64,000 nucleotides of DNA from a virus, in IMG/VR virus record IMGVR_UViG_3300014208_000032, positions 73,116-137,115 of that record; one strand, written 5' to 3'. The translations under genes and the position numbers were made by a program. Positions 30,185 to 40,026 of the stretch are shown piece by piece; positions within the stretch are counted from its first letter, which is position 1, and every line of letters starts with the position of its first letter. The notes under the pieces are model-generated. The model was not told the DNA's origin. It ran no database searches and was given only the letters and a program-made list of their open reading frames with translations.

Positions 30185-32713
30185 ATCTAAAGAACCTTCT
30201 CTCTTGTTTGTGGGATAATATTTCATCAAATCAAGTGTTGTTGAAAAACCTCCACTTGATATGTTATGTGTAATTTTAGATATTAAATAAAATCCAGACA
30301 AGTAACTTCTTTCTCTGACAAAAGAAGAACCACTTTCTGGTTTATTAACAGCTATACTTTTATTTCTAAAAACATTAATAGCAATTAAATATCCATATTT
30401 ATTCATTTTTTCATCAAACAAATAAAAAGGATCACCAGGAATTTCTATAGATCCTTTTGAAAGTATTTTATTCATATTTGCTACAATTGATTGAACAGTG
30501 TCTTTAGAATTAAAAGTATCAAACCCATAGTTAACTAAACTAATTTTATTACTGTCTCTTTTTGACTGCATAAAAGAACTTGAAATTCCAGCATTAACTC
30601 CTGATATGGAAGAATTTTTAGTTTGTGTTCCATCTGTGTTTGTATAAACAACATTTGTTTCCATATTAGAGAAATCAAGATCAGAGTTTATGTTAAAATT
30701 TTTAATTAAACTTATTTTGCTTCTTCTCCAGGTGTATAGACGAATAAAATCTTGATTTGATATTTTTTTGTTTGGATAATAGAATTTAATTCCAGTTTTT
30801 TTAACTTTTTTTTCACCCTCTTTTGTTTCAAATTCCATAATCATCCACTGCAACGGAATTACTTCATAGTTATCATTAATTACAGATTGAGTATTTGTTC
30901 CAAGAAGTTGATTACTTAATTGATTTTCCACCTCATATTCTTCTTTAATTAAATCTGTTCCAGTGGATGAATTTTTTAACCTATATTTTTTGGGAGATAA
31001 ATTACAAAACTCGTTTAAAATTTCTTTCAGTGTTTTATATTGAACTATTTCTTTCACCTCTCCAGGTAATATTTCAAATTTAGGTTCTCCACCTAAAGTC
31101 ATTTTTATTTTTTTTAAAATATTTACTTGACTTGTAACATCATCAGTGATAATAACATCTTGTTTTTGTTGATCTCTTGTTGTGCTTCCGTTTGGATTTG
31201 TTGTTGTAATTAGTTCCACCACAAGCCCGTATGTTTTGTCTGTGATTGATGATACTGAAGAGGCAGCGATTTGTCCCTTATCAGAAACTACACCATTAAT
31301 TTCTATTGGAGTAAAAGTAACCGTTTTTAATTCTGTTGTTTTAGGTATTAATTGTATTCCATCTGTTGATGCAGCAGGAGTGGTTGCTCCAGCAGTTGTT
31401 GGAGTTACTTTATAAGAAATTCTCTGCCCAGATAAAGCGCTACCTATTTCTGAAAGCACTTTTGTGTAAGAACGAGAAATATCATGAGACATGAAATCAA
31501 CACCAACCGTTTCTGAATTTATTGCTGTCATTCCTTCTTTTTTTTTGTTTAATGCTTTTTTTTCACTATTAATATAAAAAGCATTTCCACCAAAACTTTC
31601 TGAACCAAGAAAAACAATTTGGTTATTAGAAGCTTTAGCTAAAGATTTTCCAAGATCCCACCAAATCTGCTGAGGAGCACCTTTAACGGCAGCGTTTTTT
31701 TGAACCAACTTTGCCTTGTCTATCACTCCTTTCCCCATAGAAAAGCACTTTAGAGAAACGGAAACACCAGATTGAGTAAATTGAAACTGAGAGTTCAACA
31801 TATATAAATTAATAACAGGAGATTTTAAAACAATTTTATCCTTATTATCAGTATGTGTTTTTTTTGAAAATGTTGCTATGTCGCTTCCTTCAAAAATGTT
31901 TGAACTTGATGCTGGTGGATAATAACCGAACTGCATTCTTAAATTAATAATTTCGGTATCTGCCATACTAAATTCAAACAAACCCATTTCTTTTTTTTCT
32001 TTTGATTGTTCGTTTAATTGGGTTAATCTGTTTCCAAGTTCTGATTTTGTTGATGTCCCTGCTGTTGTAGATGATTGTGTAAATTCTCTGTTGGTAGCTA
32101 ATTCTGATAATTCCTGAGCTAGTTCTGAACTTTTATAATCTAATAAAGCTTTCTGTAGAGTTTCAGATGATTCCCCCTCTGCTAGAAGTTGCGGGTTCAA
32201 CGCAAGAAATGTCTCAAAAGAATCAATATTATTATCACCATTAATATCATAAAAAGTTCTAGATTTTGCAATATTTTCATCAATAACCATTTTTGATGTA
32301 ATTCTGGAACGAATTAAGGCATCTTCTAATTCATCAAATTCAGAATCCTTTAAATTAATATTGACAGAATAACCACCACCATTATCCTCTAATGTCATAG
32401 AACCAAAATAATTGTTTCTTGATTGACCACCATCCACAACATCTGTGGTTCCGTTTCCTGTAATAGATGAAAATGTTCCAAACTCTTTCCATTTATAAAC
32501 AGGTTCTCCGATATCATTTTTGCTTATTTCTGTTAATATTTGAACACAAATAAATGGATTGTTTGGGTTTATAGAACCAGTAGGAGTTTTTATTCTCCAA
32601 AACTCTTCTTCGTTGATAAATTTATCACTTTTGTCGTTTCCATTATAGGTTTGTGATTCATTAAAATCTTTTAATATTTGTTCAAAACTTCTAGTGTCTT
32701 TTGCGTCTGCCAT
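30182..32713 (-). CDS. Baseplate hub protein (gp27/late control D-like)
   Basis: C-term GSIEIPGDPF...LSGFYLISKITHNISSGGFSTTLDLMK is the hub signature. Confidence 0.7.
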   Translation of the reverse strand: MADAKDTRSFEQILKDFNESQTYNGNDKSDKFINEEEFWRIKTPTGSINPNNPFICVQILTEISKNDIGEPVYKWKEFGTFSSITGNGTTDVVDGGQSRNNYFGSMTLEDNGGGYSVNINLKDSEFDELEDALIRSRITSKMVIDENIAKSRTFYDINGDNNIDSFETFLALNPQLLAEGESSETLQKALLDYKSSELAQELSELATNREFTQSSTTAGTSTKSELGNRLTQLNEQSKEKKEMGLFEFSMADTEIINLRMQFGYYPPASSSNIFEGSDIATFSKKTHTDNKDKIVLKSPVINLYMLNSQFQFTQSGVSVSLKCFSMGKGVIDKAKLVQKNAAVKGAPQQIWWDLGKSLAKASNNQIVFLGSESFGGNAFYINSEKKALNKKKEGMTAINSETVGVDFMSHDISRSYTKVLSEIGSALSGQRISYKVTPTTAGATTPAASTDGIQLIPKTTELKTVTFTPIEINGVVSDKGQIAASSVSSITDKTYGLVVELITTTNPNGSTTRDQQKQDVIITDDVTSQVNILKKIKMTLGGEPKFEILPGEVKEIVQYKTLKEILNEFCNLSPKKYRLKNSSTGTDLIKEEYEVENQLSNQLLGTNTQSVINDNYEVIPLQWMIMEFETKEGEKKVKKTGIKFYYPNKKISNQDFIRLYTWRRSKISLIKNFNINSDLDFSNMETNVVYTNTDGTQTKNSSISGVNAGISSSFMQSKRDSNKISLVNYGFDTFNSKDTVQSIVANMNKILSKGSIEIPGDPFYLFDEKMNKYGYLIAINVFRNKSIAVNKPESGSSFVRERSYLSGFYLISKITHNISSGGFSTTLDLMKYYPTNKREGSLD

Positions 32714-32716
32714 TTT

Positions 32717-33322
32717 TTACCTCATCCATGGGGCACTATTATTTTGTTGTGCCCAAGGAGCATTATTTTTTTTACTTAGATTGATTGAATTTTTCGCTTC
32801 CATAATTCTTTCTTGTAATTCATTTGGAGAATAAGCAACCTGAATACTTGTTGTTCCAATTTGTTCTGGTGATATAAATTTGTTTAGTTGTTGAACCCAA
32901 GGATCTCCGAATTCCTTTACAAGAACTCTATTGTCGGTAATACCCTCGCTAACTAATTTGTGATTCATTATCATACTAGTAAAATAAAGCCTATATGCTT
33001 TCTTAACAATAGTTGGTCTGTTTGATTTTAAAAATTGATAAAATGTAAATCCATCAATTTTTTGTGCGCCTTTTTTTATATTATAAATTGCTCGCATTAG
33101 CCAAACCTTGTCCCCATAATCAATGTAATTTAAATTAATTGCATGAGTATATTTTTGATCTGAATACTGAACCCACACAAGGGGATTTGGGTCGTGTTTA
33201 AAGTTCTTGTAATAGAATTTATACACACAACCAAAAATAAGAGGATTTCTTAAACCACCAGAAATAGAATATTGTATATTTCTTAGTTTTGATAATATAA
33301 AACCGAACATTCCGTTTGCCAT
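32717..33322 (-). CDS. Late protein, possibly T4 gp2-like DNA end protector
   Basis: YKFYY...DPNPLV......AINLNY resembles the gp2 core. Start moved from 33340 to ATG 33322 because the late motif AAGTTAA lies 5 nt upstream of it. Confidence 0.4.
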   Translation of the reverse strand: MANGMFGFILSKLRNIQYSISGGLRNPLIFGCVYKFYYKNFKHDPNPLVWVQYSDQKYTHAINLNYIDYGDKVWLMRAIYNIKKGAQKIDGFTFYQFLKSNRPTIVKKAYRLYFTSMIMNHKLVSEGITDNRVLVKEFGDPWVQQLNKFISPEQIGTTSIQVAYSPNELQERIMEAKNSINLSKKNNAPWAQQNNSAPWMR

Positions 33323-33381
33323 TTGTATTAACTTTATCATAAACTTGGCAAGTTAAATTAAAGCACGGGGAGACAATTTAA

Positions 33382-33894
33382 ATGGCAACACTTTTTAATA
33401 TATTAGAAGAAGTTCGTTATGGTGAAGATTTTATTAAAACAAAAATGAAGTATGGCGAAATTAATGAACACTACAATACAGAATATGGATATTACGATTA
33501 CACAAAGAGAATTAAAAGCTTGTCGGAGGCACTCACTCTAAGTGCAGCTTCTTCAGCAATTGTTGGAAAAATTACAGAAGACATTCAGGATTCTGTGACT
33601 AAATTTCTTGAAGAAGGAAGGATTTCTTCTTCTTATAGAAAAATGAAAGCTGATTCTGTTTTTCTTAATATTAAAAAGCTAAAAGAAAGTGTCGAAAACG
33701 TAACCCTTCTTGAGGGTAGAAAACTTAACCACGACAAACTTGGTAAATTGTTTTCAACAGCTTATGCTGCCTATGTTGATATTCTTGAATCAACTGATTA
33801 TAGTGCAAAAAACCTTCCAGAATCAAAGTTTGATAAAATTCAAAAAGCTATTAATGAAGATTTAAAATCGTTGAGTAATTATTTGGAGGACTAA
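33382..33894 (+). CDS. Hypothetical protein, putative internal head protein
   Basis: Late motif and SD upstream; several [IL]xE motifs (ILEE, LSE, LKE, LLE, ILE). Confidence 0.5.
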   Translation: MATLFNILEEVRYGEDFIKTKMKYGEINEHYNTEYGYYDYTKRIKSLSEALTLSAASSAIVGKITEDIQDSVTKFLEEGRISSSYRKMKADSVFLNIKKLKESVENVTLLEGRKLNHDKLGKLFSTAYAAYVDILESTDYSAKNLPESKFDKIQKAINEDLKSLSNYLED

Positions 33895-34266
33895 TTGAAG
33901 TTCTCTGTATTAGAAGAAGAAATTATTGAGGGAACAAATGTATCATTTTCTCAAGGTGAAACTAAACTTGGTGAGTCAATTATTATAATGACAACCGAGA
34001 ATGGTAAAAAGTATGTTTTAAATCAAAGTAGAAATCCAGAATATTATAAAGAATTGTCCGAACTTATTGGTAGCACAATTAAAGTAAAAACAATACAAAC
34101 ATTTGAAGATAAAAAATATAAAGTAAAAGAACTTCAAAAAGATGGAGAAAATAAACTTTTAGTGTTGAGATTGCCAGTTGCTAATATAAATATTCAGTAT
34201 TTGTTAAATAGGCATAATAAAATTTCTCAAAAAGATAAATTCGAAGATTTTAAAAAAGAATTATAA
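33895..34266 (+). CDS. Hypothetical protein
   Basis: TTG start coupled to the previous stop; N-term VLEEEIIEG. Confidence 0.5.
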   Translation: MKFSVLEEEIIEGTNVSFSQGETKLGESIIIMTTENGKKYVLNQSRNPEYYKELSELIGSTIKVKTIQTFEDKKYKVKELQKDGENKLLVLRLPVANINIQYLLNRHNKISQKDKFEDFKKEL

Positions 34267-34314
34267 AAACAAAAATCATACATATTTTAGTATTTAATAT
34301 AAAAGGAGAACTAT

Positions 34315-35241
34315 ATGCCTGGAATACCTCCAAGTAAAGATGATTTACCTAAACCCCCAATTCTTGATTTATCTGCTGTGTCCAATCTTGGTGCAGCTAG
34401 AAAAGCAGGTTTGAGAGTTGATGATGTAGAGGAAAAGAAAGCCACACTTAATATTCAAAAAAAGAAAGGTGGTAAGTTTAATTTTACTGCGCCACAAAAG
34501 ATTTCGCTTCCATCAAGAGGAATTCCGTATCAAGGAATAACTGATGATGAAGATGTTCTTGGTGGAAATATTTTGATGTATCCAATGACGACAAAAGATG
34601 AAGAAATTCTTTCTACTTCAAGATTTCTTAAAGACGGAAGTGCACTTCGACTTGTTTTGGATAATTGCATTGCATCTAAAATTCAAGCAAAAGATATTGT
34701 TCTTTATGATTTCAATTACTTGCTTTTTTATCTTCGTTCAATTTCTCTTGGTGATGAATATAGGCTTACTCTTACGTGTCAAAATTCAAGTTGTGAAGAA
34801 GAGTTTGAGCATAGTGTCAGAATTTCTGAAATGGAGTTTGATGAACTACCAGAAGATTTTGAAGAGCCAATTATTATTGATTTGAGTGTTGGATATGCAA
34901 CTTTCTTAATGTTGCCAAGAATGTATCATAGTGAAGTAATTTCTAATATGGCAAAAAAAGTTAAAAAATCTACAACTGACCATGATACAGACAGTGTTGA
35001 TAATTTAGTGGCAACAACCATTAAAATAGTTGACGCAGACGGCAGTCTTGTAGATAAGAAAGATTGGCAAGAATTTTATGAATCACTTCCAACTCGTGAT
35101 ACACAACTTATTCGTGATAGAAGAGATTTTGTTAATGGATTTAATGAGATCAAAAATGATTGTTCCTGCCCTTATTGTGGAACAAAATACAAGGGGTCCG
35201 TGCCAATCACTGGAGAGTTTTTTCGTCCACGCAGAAAGTAA
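34315..35241 (+). CDS. Baseplate hub/tail assembly chaperone, T4 gp26-like
   Basis: LPSRG..Y...PMTTKDEEIL...D..YLLFYLRSIS.G.EY...C....C and C-terminal CPYCG; SD AGGAG. Confidence 0.8.
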   Translation: MPGIPPSKDDLPKPPILDLSAVSNLGAARKAGLRVDDVEEKKATLNIQKKKGGKFNFTAPQKISLPSRGIPYQGITDDEDVLGGNILMYPMTTKDEEILSTSRFLKDGSALRLVLDNCIASKIQAKDIVLYDFNYLLFYLRSISLGDEYRLTLTCQNSSCEEEFEHSVRISEMEFDELPEDFEEPIIIDLSVGYATFLMLPRMYHSEVISNMAKKVKKSTTDHDTDSVDNLVATTIKIVDADGSLVDKKDWQEFYESLPTRDTQLIRDRRDFVNGFNEIKNDCSCPYCGTKYKGSVPITGEFFRPRRK

Positions 35242-35407
35242 TTTAAGTAAAATTAGAAACAATAATTTTGTTTTAATAAAGCACGGATTTAGGTTGGAAG
35301 AACTTAAATCCATGCCACTTGATGAATTTTATGATTATATTCAGTTATATAATAGAATGGCAGAAGAAAAAAACAAATCAGCTTCACCAGATTTTAGCGA
35401 AATGTAA
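35225..35407 (+). CDS. gp51/GT-like chaperone extension, probably reached by a +1 ribosomal frameshift from the gp26-like gene
   Basis: NNFVLIKHGFRLEELKSMPLDEFYDYIQLY resembles gp51-type small chaperones. It has no ATG/GTG or SD before that conserved part. GAG-TTT-TTT-CGT at 35215..35226 links the frames. Confidence 0.6.
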   Translation, partial: VHAESNLSKIRNNNFVLIKHGFRLEELKSMPLDEFYDYIQLYNRMAEEKNKSASPDFSEM

Positions 35408-35433
35408 AAAGAGAGCATGTGCTCTCTTTTTTT
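35406..35433. terminator. Bidirectional terminator
   Basis: aaaaagagagc-atgt-gctctcttttt inverted repeat between convergent genes. Confidence 0.85.
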
Positions 35434-35872
35434 ATGTCAAAGTAAATATCTGCTTGAATTTTTCTGGTATTGATTTTTTTAGTTCAGCTATAATAATAGG
35501 GTCTAATGGTTTTATTTTATATCCAGTTTTTGTAATCTCTTTTAACATTCCGTAACCAAACATACATTTGTCAGTTAAAACTGGATTTTCTTCGTAATCA
35601 TTTAAACAACCAATTTTTCCAGCAACAGATTGATGCATAACATCTGGTAGAAACACCCATATATTTCCATTGTAGGTTATAAACTTCACTTGTGTTTGAG
35701 AGTGCCCAGAAAATCCAGATCTTTTAACAAGTTCTGAAACTTCTAGTGGCGTTGGGTTTTTAAACACAGGAAGAGTTTTTTCTGGTCCGGCACCCCACTC
35801 TTTCGTGCCTCTTCTTCCACTTTCTTCTTCCTCTTCTCTTAATATTTCTTTAACTCTTTCTTTAAAGTTCAT
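35432..35872 (-). CDS. Hypothetical protein, putative internal head protein
   Basis: Late motif upstream; N-term EILREEEEE. Confidence 0.5.
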   Translation of the reverse strand: MNFKERVKEILREEEEESGRRGTKEWGAGPEKTLPVFKNPTPLEVSELVKRSGFSGHSQTQVKFITYNGNIWVFLPDVMHQSVAGKIGCLNDYEENPVLTDKCMFGYGMLKEITKTGYKIKPLDPIIIAELKKSIPEKFKQIFTLT

Positions 35873-35892
35873 ATGTATTCCTATATTTTATC

Positions 35893-35921
35893 TTGACAAA
35901 AAATTTTTTTTAAGTTATAAT
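35893..35921 (+). promoter_or_regulatory. Sigma70-type promoter TTGACA-17-TATAAT with A/T-tract spacer
   Basis: Perfect consensus boxes at 35893-98 and 35916-21. Confidence 0.85.
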
Positions 35922-35956
35922 AAAGTTTGATATGTAAAATTAATAAAGAGGTAAAG

Positions 35957-36613
35957 ATGAAGAAAAGAATATTGTTTATTGTTCCAATGGTTTTGTTGCT
36001 CTCCTCCGCTCTTCCATACAACAATAAAAAAGAATTAACACTCAAAATGATAAGAGAAAATCCAAACAAAAAGTATTTATTTACAACAGAAATTTTAGAA
36101 AAAAATCTAAAGTATATTGCTTTTTCCACCGAATCTTTAAAATATTTTGAGTTAAGAAAAAACGCAGAGGATGTTGGTTATAATTCTATACCAAGAGTAT
36201 ATAGAAAATTTGCTGAAAAAATATATACAGAATATGGCATTTCTTATGATGTGATATTCAAGATTATTTTTACAGAAAGTGGATGGAAAAGTAGGATGAT
36301 ATCAGGACCAAATAGAAACGGAACACTGGATCATGGATTGGGTGGAATTAACTCAGATTACATAAATTATTATAGAGATAATTTTTATGATAAGGAGTTT
36401 TTAAAAGGGTTTTATAATGGGCCTTTTAATATTATGAACCCCTATGTTAATTTACAAGTGTCATTTAGATATTTAAAACATTTAATAGATCATTTTGATG
36501 GTGATCTTAACAAAGCTGTTATGTCCTATAATGCTGGGCTTAATAGAATTAAAAGAAATGATATTCCAACAAGAACAATAGCTTACAGCAAGTATATACT
36601 AGGAGAAATTTAA
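35957..36613 (+). CDS. Lytic transglycosylase (SLT domain) with N-terminal signal/anchor
   Basis: Catalytic IIFTESG, DHGLGGIN, NPYVNLQVSFRYL, AVMSYNAG; MKKRILFIVPMVLLLSSA leader; SD GAGGT supports the 35957 start. Confidence 0.85.
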   Translation: MKKRILFIVPMVLLLSSALPYNNKKELTLKMIRENPNKKYLFTTEILEKNLKYIAFSTESLKYFELRKNAEDVGYNSIPRVYRKFAEKIYTEYGISYDVIFKIIFTESGWKSRMISGPNRNGTLDHGLGGINSDYINYYRDNFYDKEFLKGFYNGPFNIMNPYVNLQVSFRYLKHLIDHFDGDLNKAVMSYNAGLNRIKRNDIPTRTIAYSKYILGEI

Positions 36614-36981
36614 TGAGCAAGTTTGACACCTTAAACGAAGAGGCGTTGTTTGATTTGATGATGGATGACTTTCTTTCGGGAAAAGACATAGAAGAAAAGT
36701 GGGGGGTTAAAGATATTAAAAGATTTAGAGATGCTATTTTAGCTACTTATAAACTAGAAATTAAATTTGGAGATGAAACCAAAATATTAACACCAAACAA
36801 AATAGAACAAGTTGCCTTTAATATGAAATTTCATTTCACAGACAATGAGTGGAGAATTATGAAGAACACATCTTCTAAAGATAGAGTAATAATAGGTAAA
36901 AGTGTTTCAGTAAATGAATTAGTAAATGGTTTTGTTCAAGAAATTGGAGGAAAAAGTTTTAAAATTCGTTTAAAAAAATGA
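36613..36981 (+). CDS. Hypothetical protein
   Basis: Coupled ORF (TAATG), 122 aa. Confidence 0.55.
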   Translation: MSKFDTLNEEALFDLMMDDFLSGKDIEEKWGVKDIKRFRDAILATYKLEIKFGDETKILTPNKIEQVAFNMKFHFTDNEWRIMKNTSSKDRVIIGKSVSVNELVNGFVQEIGGKSFKIRLKK

Positions 36982-37065
36982 TTCCTAAAGTCGTAAATAT
37001 AATATAAGAAACAAAGGCACAAAGTTCTATGGAACAATTAGCCAAATTTTAAAAGGAGGTCTTTA

Positions 37066-37917
37066 ATGACCGAACAAGAACACAAGGATATGCTTTTTGA
37101 GATGTCCAAAGAAGAGAAGGGAACAAAGAAATTTTGGTCCCCGAGTGAAGGGAAAAATACAATTCGTATTCTTCCACCAATCAAAACTATTGGTGAAAAG
37201 TTATTTTATTTTCATCACAAAACACACTGGCTTGCTGGAAAGCCTTTCGAGAGTTGGAATCAGCAAATTGTAGATGCAGATGGAAATGTTCATTCTCCAA
37301 AATTATCAGTTATTGATAAAGCTGCTCAAAAATTTTGGAATGCGGGAGAAAAGGGTTCTGACGAGTGGAAAATTGCCGCTGCGCTATCCTCTACCGATAG
37401 ATATATCTATCGCGTAATCGTTCGCGGTTCAGCCGATGAAAAACTTCCAGAATACTACGAATCTGGTCCGCAGATTTTTAAGGTCCTAAAAGGTCTTATC
37501 ATGGAAGGCGAGTACGGAAACATCGTTGATCCTTTAACAGGAAGAGATTTTTATCTTATTAAAGAAGGAAAGGGTAAAAACACTAGTTATGATCAGTCAA
37601 AGATTGGACCTTCACCTAAACAAATCTTTGAAAGTAAAGAAGATATTAAAACAGCTCTTATTAATGCTTCTGAGATGAAATACAATTCACTTATCAGTTT
37701 AACTGACGAAGATGATATGCAAGAAGCTCTTGATGCATTTTTTGAAAGTAAGGGTATTTCCACAAAAGGATACGTGAGTGGTGGTTCTGCCCCATCAAAG
37801 AAAAATGATGATGAAGATGTTGAGATTAAACCAAAAACTGTGGCTAAACCAAATATTAAACCAGTTCAGGAAACATCTTCTGATGATGTTGATGATTTAT
37901 TGAAAGATTTCCTTTAA
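37066..37917 (+). CDS. Single-stranded DNA-binding protein, T4 gp32-like
   Basis: KFWSPSEGKNTIRILPP, GPQIFK, IVDPLTGRDF.LIK.G.G..TSYD.S, acidic tail DDVDDLLKDFL; strong SD AAGGAGGT. Confidence 0.85.
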   Translation: MTEQEHKDMLFEMSKEEKGTKKFWSPSEGKNTIRILPPIKTIGEKLFYFHHKTHWLAGKPFESWNQQIVDADGNVHSPKLSVIDKAAQKFWNAGEKGSDEWKIAAALSSTDRYIYRVIVRGSADEKLPEYYESGPQIFKVLKGLIMEGEYGNIVDPLTGRDFYLIKEGKGKNTSYDQSKIGPSPKQIFESKEDIKTALINASEMKYNSLISLTDEDDMQEALDAFFESKGISTKGYVSGGSAPSKKNDDEDVEIKPKTVAKPNIKPVQETSSDDVDDLLKDFL

Positions 37918-37951
37918 ATAAAAATTTCCGAAAGGGAGTAGATTTCACCTG

Positions 37952-37983
37952 CCCATAAATCGTAAATGGTTTATGGGTTTTTT
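37952..37983 (+). terminator. Rho-independent terminator after SSB
   Basis: 10-bp stem cccataaatc/ggtttatggg followed by a T-run. Confidence 0.7.
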
Positions 37984-37999
37984 CTTAAAGGAGATTACA

Positions 38000-38299
38000 A
38001 TGAATGAATTTAAAAATGAAATAGCAAGAAATAAAATAAAAGAAATATTATACGAGAACCAATTCGAACTAATGAATGACAATTTATTGGCCAAAGCTAA
38101 ACACAGAATACAAGATGAAATGTTTTTACTTTTTAATCAAGAAATTAGTTGTAATACTTCGTTTAATTATGAAAATCACGGAATAAATGGCGTAGTAATA
38201 TTACCAGGAATAATGGAAAATGTTTCCTTATCTTTTACTGTTTTAAATCAAGCTCCAAAAAAGAAACAGCGTATTTATATTGATTTAGGAGACGATTAA
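38000..38299 (+). CDS. Hypothetical protein
   Basis: SD AAGGAG before ATG 38000 (track start 37973). Confidence 0.55.
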   Translation: MNEFKNEIARNKIKEILYENQFELMNDNLLAKAKHRIQDEMFLLFNQEISCNTSFNYENHGINGVVILPGIMENVSLSFTVLNQAPKKKQRIYIDLGDD

Positions 38300-38300
38300 G

Positions 38301-39581
38301 TTGGCAAAGGAAAAAAAAGTAGCAGTAGTTTCGGATGATAGTGCTTTAGATAAATTAATTAAAGATGCGTTTGATAATTCTGGTAGTGCTGTTAACATGG
38401 CAGAAGTTGATACAAAGGTAAAAGCTTGGTTAGACACAGGGGTTTATGCCTTCAATTATAATTGTTCCAAAAATTTGAAAGGTGGAATTCCTGTAGGAAG
38501 AATTACAGCAATAGAAGGTCTCTCATCTACTGGTAAATCTTTGTTTATGGCGTCTATTATGAAGGACCCGCAAATTGATAAGATATTTCTAATTGAATCA
38601 GAGGGTGGTGGAGCTTCAGCAGAGTTGTTTGATTTCGTTGGCGTAGAACTTAAAAAAGTAACCCTTTTCAAAGCATCAACTTTATCTAATTACAAAGTGA
38701 ATAAAGAAACCAGCAAAATTGAAGCGGTGGCAGATAAAGATATGCCAAAGAAATTAGATACAGATACCTATAGATATTTTGAAGGTGCAACAAGAATTAT
38801 TAAGAGAATTATTGATATGGTTGAGTATAATAACATAACAGCTAAAATTCTTATTGTTCTTGATAGTATAGCAAACCTTCAACCAATTCGAGAACTTCAA
38901 GGAATTGCCTCAATGGGATCAAATGGTGTAGAAATTGGAACTTTGTTTAGAACGTTTGATAATGCTTTTGAAAGAACAAACATTGCTTTCTTATTTACTA
39001 ATAAATTATACACAAATATTGGTAATGAGTATGATCCGTGGAAATCTTCTGGTGGAGTAAATGTCGAATATAATCCAAGTTTAACTGTTAGATTATCAAC
39101 AACAAGTGAGACAGATGATGTTTCTGCTTCTGGGATTGATGCAGAAAAAGCAAGTAAAAAAACTGGAATGGGAACTTCTCTTAAAACAATTAGAGCAACA
39201 TCAAAAAAGAGTAGGTTTGGAACAGAAGCAAGGAATGTTTTCTTTATGATAGATTTCTCTACTGGTCCAGTTAGATATTCTGGGTTGTTTACTTTATTAA
39301 AAGATTTTGGAATTATGATTCAAAGTGGGACAAGATATTCACTACCAATTGAAGGTTTTGAGAATTTCTTTAAGAAGGATTTTATAAATAAATGTATATC
39401 TTATGGTGATATTATTATTGATAAATTTCAAGAACTTCTCAACAAAAAAGAACTTGAAGTAAAAGAATTAAAATTGAAATTCCAGGCCAATGACATAAGT
39501 GAAACAAAAGAAATAGATTTGGGTGGAGAAAACGACACACAAGAGTTAAGAAACGCAATAGCAAGAGATCTGGAGGTCTAA
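38301..39581 (+). CDS. RecA/UvsX-like recombinase
   Basis: GGIPVGRITAIEGLSSTGKS (Walker A), IVLDSIANL (Walker B), FTNKLY, SGG..VEY.PS; TTG start. Confidence 0.9.
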   Translation: MAKEKKVAVVSDDSALDKLIKDAFDNSGSAVNMAEVDTKVKAWLDTGVYAFNYNCSKNLKGGIPVGRITAIEGLSSTGKSLFMASIMKDPQIDKIFLIESEGGGASAELFDFVGVELKKVTLFKASTLSNYKVNKETSKIEAVADKDMPKKLDTDTYRYFEGATRIIKRIIDMVEYNNITAKILIVLDSIANLQPIRELQGIASMGSNGVEIGTLFRTFDNAFERTNIAFLFTNKLYTNIGNEYDPWKSSGGVNVEYNPSLTVRLSTTSETDDVSASGIDAEKASKKTGMGTSLKTIRATSKKSRFGTEARNVFFMIDFSTGPVRYSGLFTLLKDFGIMIQSGTRYSLPIEGFENFFKKDFINKCISYGDIIIDKFQELLNKKELEVKELKLKFQANDISETKEIDLGGENDTQELRNAIARDLEV

Positions 39582-39582
39582 G

Positions 39583-39993
39583 TTGGCAACAAAAACGGTT
39601 AGTGTAGATATTGGTAAAATCAGACCAAGTGCATTTTATATTTTATTGGAATTCGAGTTTTATACATTAGAGAAAAAGACGAAATCTGGAATTATTCTAA
39701 TGGACAACCCAAATGCAGAGAATGCAGATAGACAGAAAATGAGGGCACGAATTATTGAGTGGGGTTCTCAAGTGAAGCCAGAAGAGTGGGGGTTTGTAAA
39801 AGGTGATTGTGCCATTTATCTTGATGGAATGGTTAAAACCTATAAACAATTTTCTGAAGAAAAAGGTGATTATAGCGTGGGATTAGTTCTTCCAAGAGAT
39901 GTTGTGGGGTTTTATGACTCTTCGACAGTCAAAAATGAAGAAACAGAGGAAGATGAAAACAGGATTGTAAAAACTCCACTTGTATTAGTATAA
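39583..39993 (+). CDS. GroES-like co-chaperonin (gp31-like)
   Basis: IRP...ILL...EKKTKSGIIL...ARIIEWG...VKGD pattern. Confidence 0.7.
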   Translation: MATKTVSVDIGKIRPSAFYILLEFEFYTLEKKTKSGIILMDNPNAENADRQKMRARIIEWGSQVKPEEWGFVKGDCAIYLDGMVKTYKQFSEEKGDYSVGLVLPRDVVGFYDSSTVKNEETEEDENRIVKTPLVLV

Positions 39994-39997
39994 AGTT

Positions 39998-40026
39998 AAG
40001 GGAACCAATTGGTTCCCTTTTTTTAT
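39998..40026 (+). terminator. Rho-independent terminator
   Basis: Perfect palindrome aagggaacc-aatt-ggttccctt followed by a T-run. Confidence 0.85.

Noticed and set aside
35078-35224. N-terminal part of track ORF 35078..35407 as real protein
   Set aside because: It overlaps the conserved CPYC region of the gp26-like gene with no SD; only the part after the slippery site looks protein-like.
37015-37055. Autoregulatory structure upstream of ssb, analogous to T4 gene 32
   Set aside because: Only a 4-bp hairpin (gttc/gaac) with a 3-bp outer pairing; too weak to support without covariation.
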